Of a stretch of 64,000 nt of DNA, positions 54,213 through 64,000 are shown piece by piece (within the stretch, counting starts at the first letter, position 1; the number at the start of each line of letters is the position of its first letter). Source of the DNA: Mantamonas sphyraenae STR306. Its lineage: Eukaryota > Protista > CRuMs. The DNA is taken from NCBI GenBank assembly GCA_026936335.1, contig JAPMXV010000026.1, positions 206,272 to 270,271 of the forward strand, written 5' to 3'. The translations under genes and the position numbers were made by a program. The notes under the pieces are model-generated. The model searched no databases. It had not been told where the DNA came from and saw only the letters and a list, made by a program, of their open reading frames with translations.

Positions 54213-55932
54213 ATGAAAGCAACGACCCAAGTGGCAATCATGCTTGTGTGTGTGAGCGCGGTACTGTGCGGACAGATGCATGTGGTGGAGGACGTTTCTG
54301 TGGGCGACGACGAGAGCGTGGTGATGACCAAGTATGGCGCGGTGCGCGGCGTTGTGATGGACGACGTGCGGGTGTTCAAGAGCGTGCCTTACGCGAAGCA
54401 GCCTGTGGGAGATCTGCGGTTTGCGTCGCCAGAGGCACCGGACGCGTGGAACGAGACGTACAACGCAACAGAGTTTCTGCCAGCATGCGTAAGTGAGAGG
54501 GACGGTGCGCATTCACGCAAATGGAGGAAAAAACGGGAGACGGGCTGATTGCTAACTCGTGGCACAGCCGCAGGTGTGCTCGTTGCCGAACGAGACTTGC
54601 CCTACGCCGCCGTTTTCGGAGGCGTGCCTGGGTCTGAACGTGTGGACGCCACGTGCGTCTGGACTGGGCGACGGAGGCCTGCCGGTGATGGTGTGGATTC
54701 ATGGCGGGCGGTACGAGCAGGACAGCGCCAACTCGGAGCTGTACAATGGGCACTACCTGTGCAATAAGACCGGGGTGTTGCTGGTGACCATCCAGTACCG
54801 TCTGGGTGTGCTGGGCCAGCTGGTGACGGACGAACTGGACGGGAACTACGCAAGCCAGGACCAGCGTCTGGCGCTGCAGTGGGTGCAAGCAAACATCGGG
54901 GCGTTTGGAGGAGACCCGTCTCAGGTGACACTGTTTGGGCAGAGTGCAGGGGCTACGAGCACGAGCGTGCACCTGACGTCGCCGAAGAGCAAGGGCCTGT
55001 TTGCGCGGGCGATTATCGAGTCGAACCCGTGGACGCTGTCGATCAAGACGCGAGAGGAAGCGCTTGTGTTTGGCAACCTGTTCCTGAAGGACGTGGGATG
55101 TTCGGACGTGGCATGCCTGCGTGAGAAGAACGTGAGCGACATCATCAGCGCGCAATACCAGTCGCAGAACCACCTGCCGCTGCACGACCCGTTGAGCCTG
55201 TTTATGCCGTGGGTGCCTGTGATTACGCCCGGGTCGGACGAGCTGCCGATGAACCCGATCGACGCAATCCGACAGGGCCAGTTTTCTGATGTGCCACTGC
55301 TGCTGGGCCACGTGCACGACGAGACGGAGCTGTTTATCTGGGAGGCGTTTGCAAACAAGGTGAGCGACGCCAAGTACATTGGGCTTGTGACGGCGCTGTG
55401 GGGCGCAAATGCGGTGCAGCTGCTGGAGATGTACCCGCCGCACAAGATCACGGTGAAGAACGACACGCGGCCGCAGCTGGCGGAGCTGAGCACGGACGAC
55501 ATGTTTATCTGCATCTACCGCAACCTGTCGCGCACGCTGAGTGCGGGCACGCGGCCGGTGTGGAAGTACATGTTCAACTACATCTGGAGCTTCTCGAAGG
55601 AGGGGTGGGGCCCCAACTACGAAGAGTGCTGGGACAAGGTGTGCCACGCGGAGGAGCTGCCGTTTGTGTTTAACAGCGCATCGGGCATGTTTACGCCAAA
55701 CGCAGACGACGCGGCGGTGGCCAAGACGGTCAGCACGTACTGGAGCAACTTTGCGCGGTCGGGCAACCCGAACGAACCGGAGAGCGTGGCTGTGGAGTGG
55801 CCGCAGTACGACGGAAGCGTGGATGCGATCATGGAGCTGGGTCAGCCGGCGCAGATGATCAGCAAGTACCGTGATTCGTATTGTGACGCGTGGGATACGA
55901 TTGGCTACGACCATGGCCTGGGGCCGCAGTGA
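54213..55932 (+). CDS. Secreted type-B carboxylesterase (exons 54213-54488, 54568-55932)
   Basis: Signal peptide, VPYA..PVGDLRF, LPVMVWIHGG, QYRLGVLG, FGGDP..VTLFGQSAG, CHAEEL, WSNFARSGNPN. Intron 54489-54567 is GTAAGT...gctaac...CAG. Confidence 0.92.
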
Positions 55933-55958
55933 GAAGCAAAGAAACCGAAGGAATAGAC

Positions 55959-56518
55959 ATGTTGAAGCCAAAGGTTTTGCTTCAGGTGATGGAGCAGGTG
56001 ATGGAGGAGGGAGACGTGACGGGTGCAGCGTAGGTTGTGTGGCGGGCGGGGTTGAGAGGGTCGCGGGGCAGGTCTAACATGCAGCGTGGGCACAGTCTGT
56101 TCAACGCAGAAGGGTCTGTGGTGGCGTCTGTTGGCGCAAAGGAATCGAACAAGCTGGTGGGCGCAATCACGTGAGTGGAGAGGGCGTGGTATTGGGTAGC
56201 GGGGCAGAGTGGAGATCCACGCATTTCGAGGAGGATGAGAAAACGGCTGACACAGGCGCGGGTAGGTCGAACATCTGGTCGGCGTATGTGAACTCGGGCG
56301 AATCGTCGCTGGACGACGGGGAAATGGACGATGGGGAGCTGGAAGTGCTGCTGATTGACAACACGAGCGGACGGCTGGCGATTACGGACGTGGCCGGGCT
56401 GACTCTGTGCGTGTACGCGGGAGAGGACGTGGAGCTGGGAACACTGAAGCACAAATTGGATACTCTGGCGGAGTATCTTCGCCCTCAGCTGGACCAGCTT
56501 GGCGCGGTGGATGTGTAA
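55959..56518 (+). CDS. LAMTOR2: Ragulator subunit LAMTOR2 (roadblock) (exons 55959-56029, 56096-56170, 56266-56518)
   Basis: The spliced product reads MLKPKVLLQVM...ALFNAEGSVVA...GAITSNIWSAY...LTLCVYA...VELGTLKHKL..LAEYL. The two GT-AG introns carry CTAAC and CTGAC branch points. Confidence 0.88.
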
Positions 56519-56699
56519 GAGCGGAACTGGGGGGGAGGAGGAGTTGGGAGGAGGGGAGGAAAATGAAGGACGGGTTTGCATTGGGATGCGAGGATGGGAG
56601 GGTTGGAGTTTGGGTCTTGGGTTGAAAAGGGGGTGGAGCGGGCGTGCGCACTTGGGGCCAAGAGGAAGAAGAGAGTGCAGGGTTCAGCAGAGAAAGAGA

Positions 56700-57608
56700 A
56701 TGTCTCGACACTTTTGGGCAAGCGCAATTCCGGTTTCATGGGCGCTGGAGACACAGGGTGGGGAGTTGGAGGTGCAAAAGGCGCAGTTTGGTGATTGTCC
56801 GATGCAAGTGTTTGCGTTGGAGGGTCGTGCGGCTGTGGAGGTGGCTGTGTCGCGGGAGGAGTTTGTGGTGGGGCTGGGAGGTCTCGAGGAAATCGCGAGC
56901 AAGGAGGAGGATGGAAAAGTGTCGCAGGTGTTGTTGGCCCATGCGCCAGCATGTCCGTGTGCAGAGGTGGAGGTCGGGGAGGAAGAGAAGGAAGGGGCGG
57001 AGGTGCAGCTGGCGGCGGTGATTGCGGCGTACAGGCGCAAGGAGGAAGGGGGCCCGGTGGAGTTTCTGTTGACGAAGAGGCAGTCGACCATGCGTGTGTT
57101 TCCCAATGTGTGGGTTTTCCCTGGAGGGCATCTGGAGGCGAGAGAGCTGCCGCAGGAAGGGGCGGCGCGGGAGCTGCGGGAGGAAACTGGATTGGAGGTG
57201 GATGTGGGAGACGTGGAGCCTGTGTTGGTGTGGGAGAGCGTGTATCCTCCGTTTGCAGACCAGGGGAGGCCGCAGCGGCAGCATCTGGTGGTGTTTTTCG
57301 CGGTGGAGGTGCCGTGGGACACGACGTTGACGATGCAGGCGGAAGAGGTGCAGGCGTATGCGTGGGTGTCTGAGGAGCAGGCAAGAGAGATTGTGGCCGG
57401 GCAGGACGATGATGTGGATGAGGCAGATGAGCGGTGGGTGGAGATTCTGGTGAGTGTGGACGGAAAGACAACGACGGGCAAGGTGAGCGTGTCGAGCATG
57501 GCAAGCAATCGCAGCGAGCATCGAGTGGGCACAGCGCACAAGGCAGCGATGGAGGTTTTGTTGGAGCGAGAGGGTGGGATCAGGTCGAAGGAGGAAAAGG
57601 ACGATTGA
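56700..57608 (+). CDS. Nudix hydrolase, NUDT17-like
   Basis: LLTKRQSTMRVFPNVWVFPGGHLE...GAARELREETGL (Nudix box) and WESVYP...P..QHLVVFF. Confidence 0.85.
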   Translation: MSRHFWASAIPVSWALETQGGELEVQKAQFGDCPMQVFALEGRAAVEVAVSREEFVVGLGGLEEIASKEEDGKVSQVLLAHAPACPCAEVEVGEEEKEGAEVQLAAVIAAYRRKEEGGPVEFLLTKRQSTMRVFPNVWVFPGGHLEARELPQEGAARELREETGLEVDVGDVEPVLVWESVYPPFADQGRPQRQHLVVFFAVEVPWDTTLTMQAEEVQAYAWVSEEQAREIVAGQDDDVDEADERWVEILVSVDGKTTTGKVSVSSMASNRSEHRVGTAHKAAMEVLLEREGGIRSKEEKDD

Positions 57609-58299
57609 GCTTGCCTTCCTCGTCCAGGACGTTGGCCACCTTGCTGATGATGCTTGCACCTTTGCTGGCGGACATCTTGATGAGAGAAGTGGGAATGGAA
57701 CCCTTGGGATCGGCATTGGCGACGTAGGTGACGCGGCAGCTGGTGTCGGAAAGCGGGAGGATGTGGAAGCCACCCGGGCGGAGGACACCGCGAACGTGCG
57801 AGGAAGTCTCGGGGCAGTCTTGGACGTCCACGCTGCAACCGCAAACCATGAGGGCGCCTGTGTCCGGGTCGCGGTGGAGGACCCGGAGATACGTGAAGTC
57901 GCGGCCCGTCGTAGGCCAAACACGCTGGTATTTCAGGTGGATGACAGCATGGTGGATATCAATGTACTCGAGCTGGTCGACAGCTTCGATGATGTTGTCC
58001 CAACGGTCGCGGTAGGACGGGTTGGCGACGATCTGGAAAAAGTCTTTGGCGGAGGCGTCGACGTCGGCCACTGAGCGGACGCAGTTGGGAAAGGCGTCGT
58101 CAGCGGTGTTTGCATAAACCTGTGCACCGTCTGCGTCATGGGTGTACTCCCAGGCGTTGTCTGGGTTCTTGTTGGCGGCGTCGAGGAGGAGGGCGTCGAG
58201 GACGCTCTGGGCGACATCGAGGAGCGGATGGTCTGTGTCGAGCGGATCCCACGGCATGTCGTCGTAGGGAATCTGGTTGATGTGGTCTGTGGAGGACAT
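57580..58299 (-). CDS. START lipid-transfer domain protein
   Basis: YRDRWD, VWPTTGRDF, CSVD...VRG, VTYVANADPKGSIP. Confidence 0.85.
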   Translation of the reverse strand: MSSTDHINQIPYDDMPWDPLDTDHPLLDVAQSVLDALLLDAANKNPDNAWEYTHDADGAQVYANTADDAFPNCVRSVADVDASAKDFFQIVANPSYRDRWDNIIEAVDQLEYIDIHHAVIHLKYQRVWPTTGRDFTYLRVLHRDPDTGALMVCGCSVDVQDCPETSSHVRGVLRPGGFHILPLSDTSCRVTYVANADPKGSIPTSLIKMSASKGASIISKVANVLDEEGKLNRPFPPST

Positions 58300-58443
58300 T
58301 GAGGACGGGGAAAGCGGGAATAGGGCTGGGCGCGCAGGAGGAGGCACGGGAGAAGAGGGTGAGTGGGAACGAGAGGCAAGAGGAGAGAGTCAGGAGGGAG
58401 TGGCTGACACGCAAGGAGTGGCAGCGAGTACAGCGTGCACAGG

Positions 58444-59772
58444 ATGCAGGTGCAGGGTGGGCCAAAGGCGTACAAGGTGCGTGTGCGGGATGATGGGCGG
58501 AAGCGCAAGCTGGTGGAGATTGAGATTGTGGATGAGACGGACTCGGAATCGGATTCGGAGGATGACGTGGATGACCTTGTGGTTGTGGCGGCACCTGTGG
58601 TGAAAAGGCGGCGGGCAGAGGTGTCGGCGAATGCGACGGATGGATCAACGACCACTGTTGAGCCTGTGGTTGAAAGTGGAAAGAGCGCAGACGGAGTACT
58701 GGCACAAAAGGTTTGGGAGGTGATGTGTGCAGGGGCACGTGACCTTGTGAGGAGCACACTGATGGAGGGCGGGCGAAAAGAGGAGCAGATCGAGGCAGTT
58801 TTGGCGGGACTGGACGCGGAAGGGCGGGCGTGTTGGGAGGAGCTGGGAAAGGTGCTGTACATGCCTGAGCTGCACAAGAAAGGCAGTCGAAACCAACGGG
58901 GGAGGCGTGTGTCGACGTGGGTCAAGGCGCACGAGAGGAGGGCGGCGAATCAACAGAAGAAGAAGAAGGGGAAGGGCAGGGCTGGAAGTGAGGGTAGGAA
59001 AGGCAAGGGGGATGGGAGAAAGGGGGGCAAGGTGGCCAGGAAGGGGAAGGACGGTAGGAAGGGGAAGGGGAGTAGGATGGAGAGGATGGAGAGGAAGGAG
59101 AGGAAGGAGAAGGGGAGGAAAGGGTCTGGGAAGGTGATGTACAAAGGAGGCATCGCAGAGGCAGCAGAGGTGGATTGGGAGAGGCTGGATGGTCTGTTGT
59201 GGCCCGTGATGGTGTTGCCTGGGCTGGCTGGGGCGAGCAGCAAGGTGGTGGCGGACCACGCCAAGGTGTCTGTGGACAAGGTGAGGATGTGGAGGGCGAG
59301 GAACTTGTTGGAGCAGGAGAGGTAGGGTGGGGGAGGGTGGGGGAGGGTGGTGGAGGGTGGGGGTATGGTGGGTGAGGGTGGAGGTGGGTGAGGAGGATTC
59401 GGAAGGAGGGGTGTGCCTGTGGACACGTTTGCAGGGGATGGAGGGAAAGAGAATGCGCTGGAGAGGGGGTTGAGGGAGGGGGGTGAAACAGTGGTTGAGG
59501 TGTTGCGGGCGTGGGGTTCGAAACCGAGAGCGAGAACGGTGGAGATGGTGAGGAAGGCAGGGTGGAGGAAGGCGTGGCATTGGATTGGATGGGGTGGACA
59601 GGTGGATGAGGCGATGGAAGTGGCGTTGGTGATGAATGGGGAGGAGAGGGAGGCGATGTTTGAGTGTGGGGAGATGGATGAGTATGTGGAGGAGAGAGGG
59701 TGGGAAGGGTGGGTGACACTGCCGGATGAGGTGATGGAGAGGGTGGTGCAGTGGGTGGGGAGGGGAGGGTGA
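58444..59772 (+). CDS. Hypothetical basic (possibly nuclear) protein; probable intron 59322-59405 and 5'-UTR intron 58359-58442
   Basis: The ORF has acidic and Lys/Arg/Gly-rich tracts. AG|GTAGGG lies at the apparent stop, and an in-phase AAG acceptor leads to a downstream frame ending TLPDEVMERVVQWV. The second exon is tentative because no canonical branch point is visible. Confidence 0.5.
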
Positions 59773-59798
59773 GTGGGAGGGAGTGGGAATGAATGCGT

Positions 59799-62700
59799 TC
59801 ATTCGAGGCGCTGGCGTTTGGAGGAGGAGGAGGAGGAGGAGGAGGAGGAAGGGTCTTTGCGCTTGGGGAGGGTGAAGGAGGGGATGGGGTAGGCGTTGAC
59901 GAGTGTATAGGTGGTGGGACGGGTGGCGATGTGGGGTGTGATGCGGTCGATGAGGGTGTGGAGGAGGGTGTGCAGTGTTGCGTCGTTGGGTTTGGGGTTG
60001 TGAAGCCAGGCGATCTTGAGGGAGAGGGAAGTGACGCCGCGGGTGAGGGTGTTGCTGATGGCAGGTGCGACCTGCCTGCAGGTGAGGCGTGGTCTGAGGA
60101 GGCGGACAAAGAAGGCCAGGTCGACAGGCGGCACGCCAACGTTGCCCAGCGCCAGGATGATGTGTCGCAGCAGGGACTGCAGGTCGCCGTTGTTGATCAG
60201 CTCATGCAGTGCCTGGTGTTCATGTGAGTGCTGATGGCGAGGGTACTTGGCTGCGCGTGTCTTCATGTGTGCCAGCAGCGTCTGGAACTCCCGCGCCGTG
60301 CAGCTGCCACGCTCGTCGCTGAGAGAGTGCGCTGCCCAGCCACTGCGCACAGTCTCAGGGTGCCACTTTTCCACCTCGGTGGTGGGAAGATGGTGGTCGT
60401 AGTCGCATTGTGTCCAGTGTGGGTCGCTGTCGTTGTCGGTGGGGCGTCGTGCTTTCTGCAGCCACAGCTGGGTCTGCTTCTGTTCCTTCCAGGTGTTGGG
60501 ATGAGGCCTGTCGCCGAGATTTTCCATCTCTGTCATAAGCAGGTGGAGGAGGGCGTAGTTGGGGTCGCCATGGTCGTGTGGCTCCTCCAGCCAGCACACC
60601 TTCAACCCAGCCTCGGTCACACCCATGGCCAGACCAGCGTTGTTGATAGCAAGGAAGCACGCCTTTTGATCCATGTCTCGGCCGAGAAGGGTGAGGCAGA
60701 AGGCCATATCGCCCTGGGAAAGGGGAATGTTGCCCAGAGCGAGCTGAATCTGTCGGACAAGCGTGGTCGTAGTGCCATGGCAGACCACAACACGCGCCTG
60801 CAGTGTCATGAGGTCGGGGATGTCGTCGATGGGATGCTCGTTGGCCAGGGTGTGCATGTGGTTCAGCAGTGCCGTGTGCTCCTTCTTGTTGCTGTGGCTG
60901 CGCTCGCTCTTGCGCCAGGACGTCCAGCCGCTGCGCACAACGCCATCTGGCAGTCCATCCTCCACGGCCATGTTCTCCTTGTCCGTGGGCTCGGGCAGAA
61001 CAAGCTCGGGAATGCGGAGGAAGTTGACGGCGTGGACGGTGATGGGGCGGGTGGTGATGTGGGGTGTGATGCGGTCGATGAGGAGGTGGAGGAGGGTGTG
61101 CAGTGTGGCGTCGCTGGGTTTGGGGTTGTCGATCCAGGTGATCTTGAGGGAGAGGGAAGTGACGCCGCGGGTGAGGGTGTGGCTGATGGCAGGTTGCACC
61201 TGCTTGTAGGTAACGTGTGGCCTGAGGAGGCGGACAAAGAAGGCCAGGTCGACAGGCGGCACGCCAACGTTGCCCAGCGCCAGGATGATGTGTCGCACCA
61301 GGGACTTCAGGTCACCGTTGTTGATCAGCTCACGCAGTGCCTGGTGCTCGTGTTCGTGCTGATGGCGAGGGTGCTTGGCTGCGCGTGCCTTCATGTGTGC
61401 CAGCAGCGTCTGGAACTCCCGCGCCGTGCAGCTGCCACGCTCGTCGTGGTTGGCTTTGCTCCAGCCAGTGCGCACAGACTCGGGATGCCACTTGTCCACC
61501 TCGGTGGTGATGAGGTGGTGGTCGTAGTCGCATTGTGTCCAGTGTGGGTCGCTGTCATTGTCAGCAGGGCGTCGTGCTTCCTGCAGCCACAGCTGGGTCT
61601 GTTTGTGCTCCTTCCAGGTGGTGGGATGGGCTGTGTCGCCAAGAGTGTCCATCTCTGTCATGAGCAAGTGGAGAAGGGCGTAGTTGGGGTCGCCGTGGTC
61701 GTGTGGCTCCTCCAGCCAGCACACCTTCAACCCAGCCTCTGTCACACCCATGGCCAGACCAGCGTTGTTGATAGCAAGGAAGCACGCCTTTTGATCCATG
61801 TCTCGGCCGAAAAGGGTGAGGCAGAGTGCCATGTCGCCCTGGGAGAGGGGAATGTTGCCCAGAGCGAGCTGAATCTGTCGGACCAGCGTCAACAGGGTGC
61901 CATGGCAGACCACAACACGCGCCTGCAGTGTCGTGAGGTCAGGGATGTTGTCGATGCGATGCTCGTTCGCCAGAGTGTGCATGTGGTTCAGCAGTGCCGT
62001 GTTCTCCTTCTTGTTGCTGTGGCTGCGGTCGTCGCTGTGTCCCAATTTCCACCCTTTGCGCTCAACACCATCTGGCAACTTGTTCGTCTTGTTCACGCCT
62101 GATTTCCTCCCTGCGCCGTTGTCTCCGTTCTTGGCCCTCCTTGCCCGTGTGCTCGACGTTCCTGTCTCTGTGCCACTGCCAGCCGTGACCCTGCGCCTGC
62201 GCCGTCCGCTGGGTTTCATCCTTTTGGGACCAGTAAGTCGGCTGGTGTCGCCTCTGCGACGTTGTGCATGGCCTCTGCTTGTGCGTTCCGGCTGACATTC
62301 GTCCGTGTCCTCCTGTTCCATGTCGTCTGTGTCGTCGTCGCTGTCGTCCTGCGGCATGTACTCCTCATCCATGGCATCGTCAGTGTCTGCAAAGCTGAGT
62401 GGGCCCTGAGTTTCCAACTCGTCGTCCACGTGCTGCTGGGTTGCGTCGTTTGCCTCGCCGTCTTCTTCATACGTCTCCATCCCTGAGCTTGTCATCCACT
62501 CTGTGTTGCTGGTGATTGACCGTGGTTCACGGTGGCCAAAGTTCAGGAACATCAGGTCCTCCACGTCGCCGGTGTCATGTGTGAGTGTGTCCTGGTCTGC
62601 GTCGTCGTCGTCGCTGTCTCCAGTCTGCCGTGTGCCCTGGTGGGAGGAGGACGACGATGTGGTGGTCGATGTTGTTCGTGTGATGCCGACAAAGGCAGGG

Positions 62701-63375
62701 CTGATGCGTTTCGGGACGCGGTTGTGGTTTGAGGTGGGTGGAGCAGGCGGAGGCTGCAACGGAGTCTGAGCGGAGTGCATCTGGGCGGTTTGTCGCGGCT
62801 GAGGAGGAGGCGGAGGAGGGTAGGCGTAGTATGGGTGGCCCTGATGAGCATATGCGTGGTGTTGCTGCAGGCGGGTGTTGACAGGAACCCAGATGATGGG
62901 TGGTTGTGGGTGCTGGTACGGGTGTTGTACGCTAGAGACGGGCAGCATGTTCGGAAACGGCTGGGCGGCCATGGGAGGGACCATGTACCCGTAGCTGTGG
63001 CGGAGACGGGAGGGGAAGGGCGGGGTGGGAACGGTGAGCGGAAGGCGCAATGGACGCCGTCAGGGCAGAAGCGGGGTGAAGGGAGGCTGGAACCAGCAGA
63101 GAGGGAAAACGGAGGAGATTGGCAGACCGGGAAACTGGCAACGGGGAGGGCAGTGACAGGGGAGAGGGGATCGGAGAAGAGCGGAGAAGGCAGCGGCGGT
63201 GGTGATGGGGAAGTGGAGATGCAGGGGAGGAGTGCGGGGAAGCATCAGAGGCATGCAGAAGGCAAGGAAGCGGGAGAAGCGGGCAGTCAGAAAACGGAGT
63301 GGAAGGCAGAACGCACGTTGGGTAGGTGTTGGGTGTGTGTTGTTGCTTCGGAGTGCTTGAGTAGTCTTTGTCCAT
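59799..63375 (-). CDS. Telomere-proximal ~1,084-aa protein with Pro/Gln/acidic N-terminus and four copies (ABAB) of an unrecognised ~185-aa domain (exons 63375-63317, 62994-59799)
   Basis: Long ORF. Intron 63316-62995 (GTGCGT...CAG) joins MDKDYSS...YPT to YGYMVPP in frame. Confidence 0.75.
59865..62080. repeat. Direct tandem duplication, period ~1,125 bp, inside the terminal gene
   Basis: ccatctggca occurs at 60943 and 62068, and gtgacgccgcgggtgagggt at 60031 and 61159, with long near-identical stretches between. Confidence 0.95.
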
Positions 63376-63654
63376 GGTGGCGGTGGTGGTAGTGGAGTGG
63401 ATGTGGATTGTGTTGGACTGGTGGAGGGTGTTGTGGGTGTTGGTGATATTTTGGTTGAAGGCGGATGGGCAGTGCTGACTGCGCGGCGTTGCAGGACGAC
63501 GGCCACTCACCAGCGACATTTCCACTCCCACCCATTGCCCACTGCCCCATGTCACCACCCAACACAGCCACCCCACCAACAGTCACAAGCACAACTCACA
63601 TGACATAGACCGGACACGCCACAACAAAACTAATCTTCACAAAAAAAAATAGAG

Positions 63655-64000
63655 TTAGGATTAGGGTTAGGGTTAGGGTTAGGGTTAGGGTTAGGGTTAG
63701 GGTTAGGGTTAGGGTTAGGGTTAGGTTAGGGTTAGGGTTAGGGTTAGGGTTAGGGTTAGGGTTAGGGTTAGGGTTAGGGTTAGGGTTAGGGTTAGGGTTA
63801 GGGTTAGGGTTAGGGTTAGGGGTTAGGGTTAGGGTTAGGGTTAGGGTTAGGGTTAGGGTTAGGGTTAGGGTTAGGGTTAGGGTTAGGGTTAGGGTTAGGG
63901 TTAGGGTAGGGTTAGGGTAGTTAGGGTTAGGGTTAGGTTAGGGTTAGGGTTAGGGTTAGGGTTAGGGTTAGGGTTAGGGTTAGGGTTAGGGTTAGGGTTA
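63655..64000 (+). repeat. Telomere (TTAGGG)n
   Basis: One TTAGGA, then tandem TTAGGG to the end of the window, with a few variant units (TTAGG, TTAGGGG, TAGGG, TAG). Confidence 0.99.

Noticed and set aside
8121-57608. An ADP-ribose metabolism gene cluster (ARH, PARG, Nudix)
   Set aside because: The genes are up to ~48 kb apart with unrelated genes between them, and the Nudix is NUDT17-like rather than a recognised ADP-ribose pyrophosphatase.
59865-62080. LTRs or a transposon suggested by the 1.1-kb direct repeat near the telomere
   Set aside because: The copies are adjacent and in frame within one ORF, with no RT, integrase or transposase motifs.
839-62102. Many long antisense or alternate-frame ORFs (e.g. 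23787-25973, 60228-62102, 50620-51879, 839-1801)
   Set aside because: They are shadows of GC-rich codon usage in the real genes and show no recognisable motifs.
63700-63960. Variant telomere units as a structured code
   Set aside because: They are sporadic small indels, consistent with sequencing noise or ordinary telomerase slippage.
1-64000. CRISPR arrays, rRNA or tRNA genes, bacterial contamination
   Set aside because: No repeat-spacer array or RNA-gene pattern was seen by eye, though small ncRNAs inside introns cannot be excluded without a covariance search. Introns and the telomere show the contig is eukaryotic.

Overview
Right end of a linear chromosome from a compact, GC-rich, flagellated microbial eukaryote. 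The evidence is spliceosomal GT-AG introns with CTGAC/CTAAC branch points, the axonemal genes CFAP61 and CYB5D1, and a (TTAGGG)n telomere from about 63655. About 22 protein-coding genes are packed with very short gaps (5-70 nt in many cases, one 3' overlap). Half the window (9716-41269) is a single gene once three 5' introns are spliced and five 1-nt indels are bridged. It predicts a ~10,350-aa surface protein: signal peptide; 12 tandem FG-GAP beta-propeller / Cys-knot / IPT modules; filamin-like and discoidin-like domains; 18 Ig-like repeats; a Cys-rich region; ~9 TM helices; and a degenerate RGS-like cytoplasmic tail. Other points of note are an orphan valyl-tRNA-synthetase C-terminal arm with no parent gene between it and the telomere, a PARG with tandem PBZ zinc fingers, a nuclear CcmH (System I cytochrome c maturation), an atypical Fluc/FEX channel, and a telomere-adjacent gene built from an unrecognised ~185-aa domain in ABAB order. 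Nine single-base frameshifts, mostly in short homopolymers, are most likely assembly errors. All family calls come from motif recognition by eye; no database searches were run.
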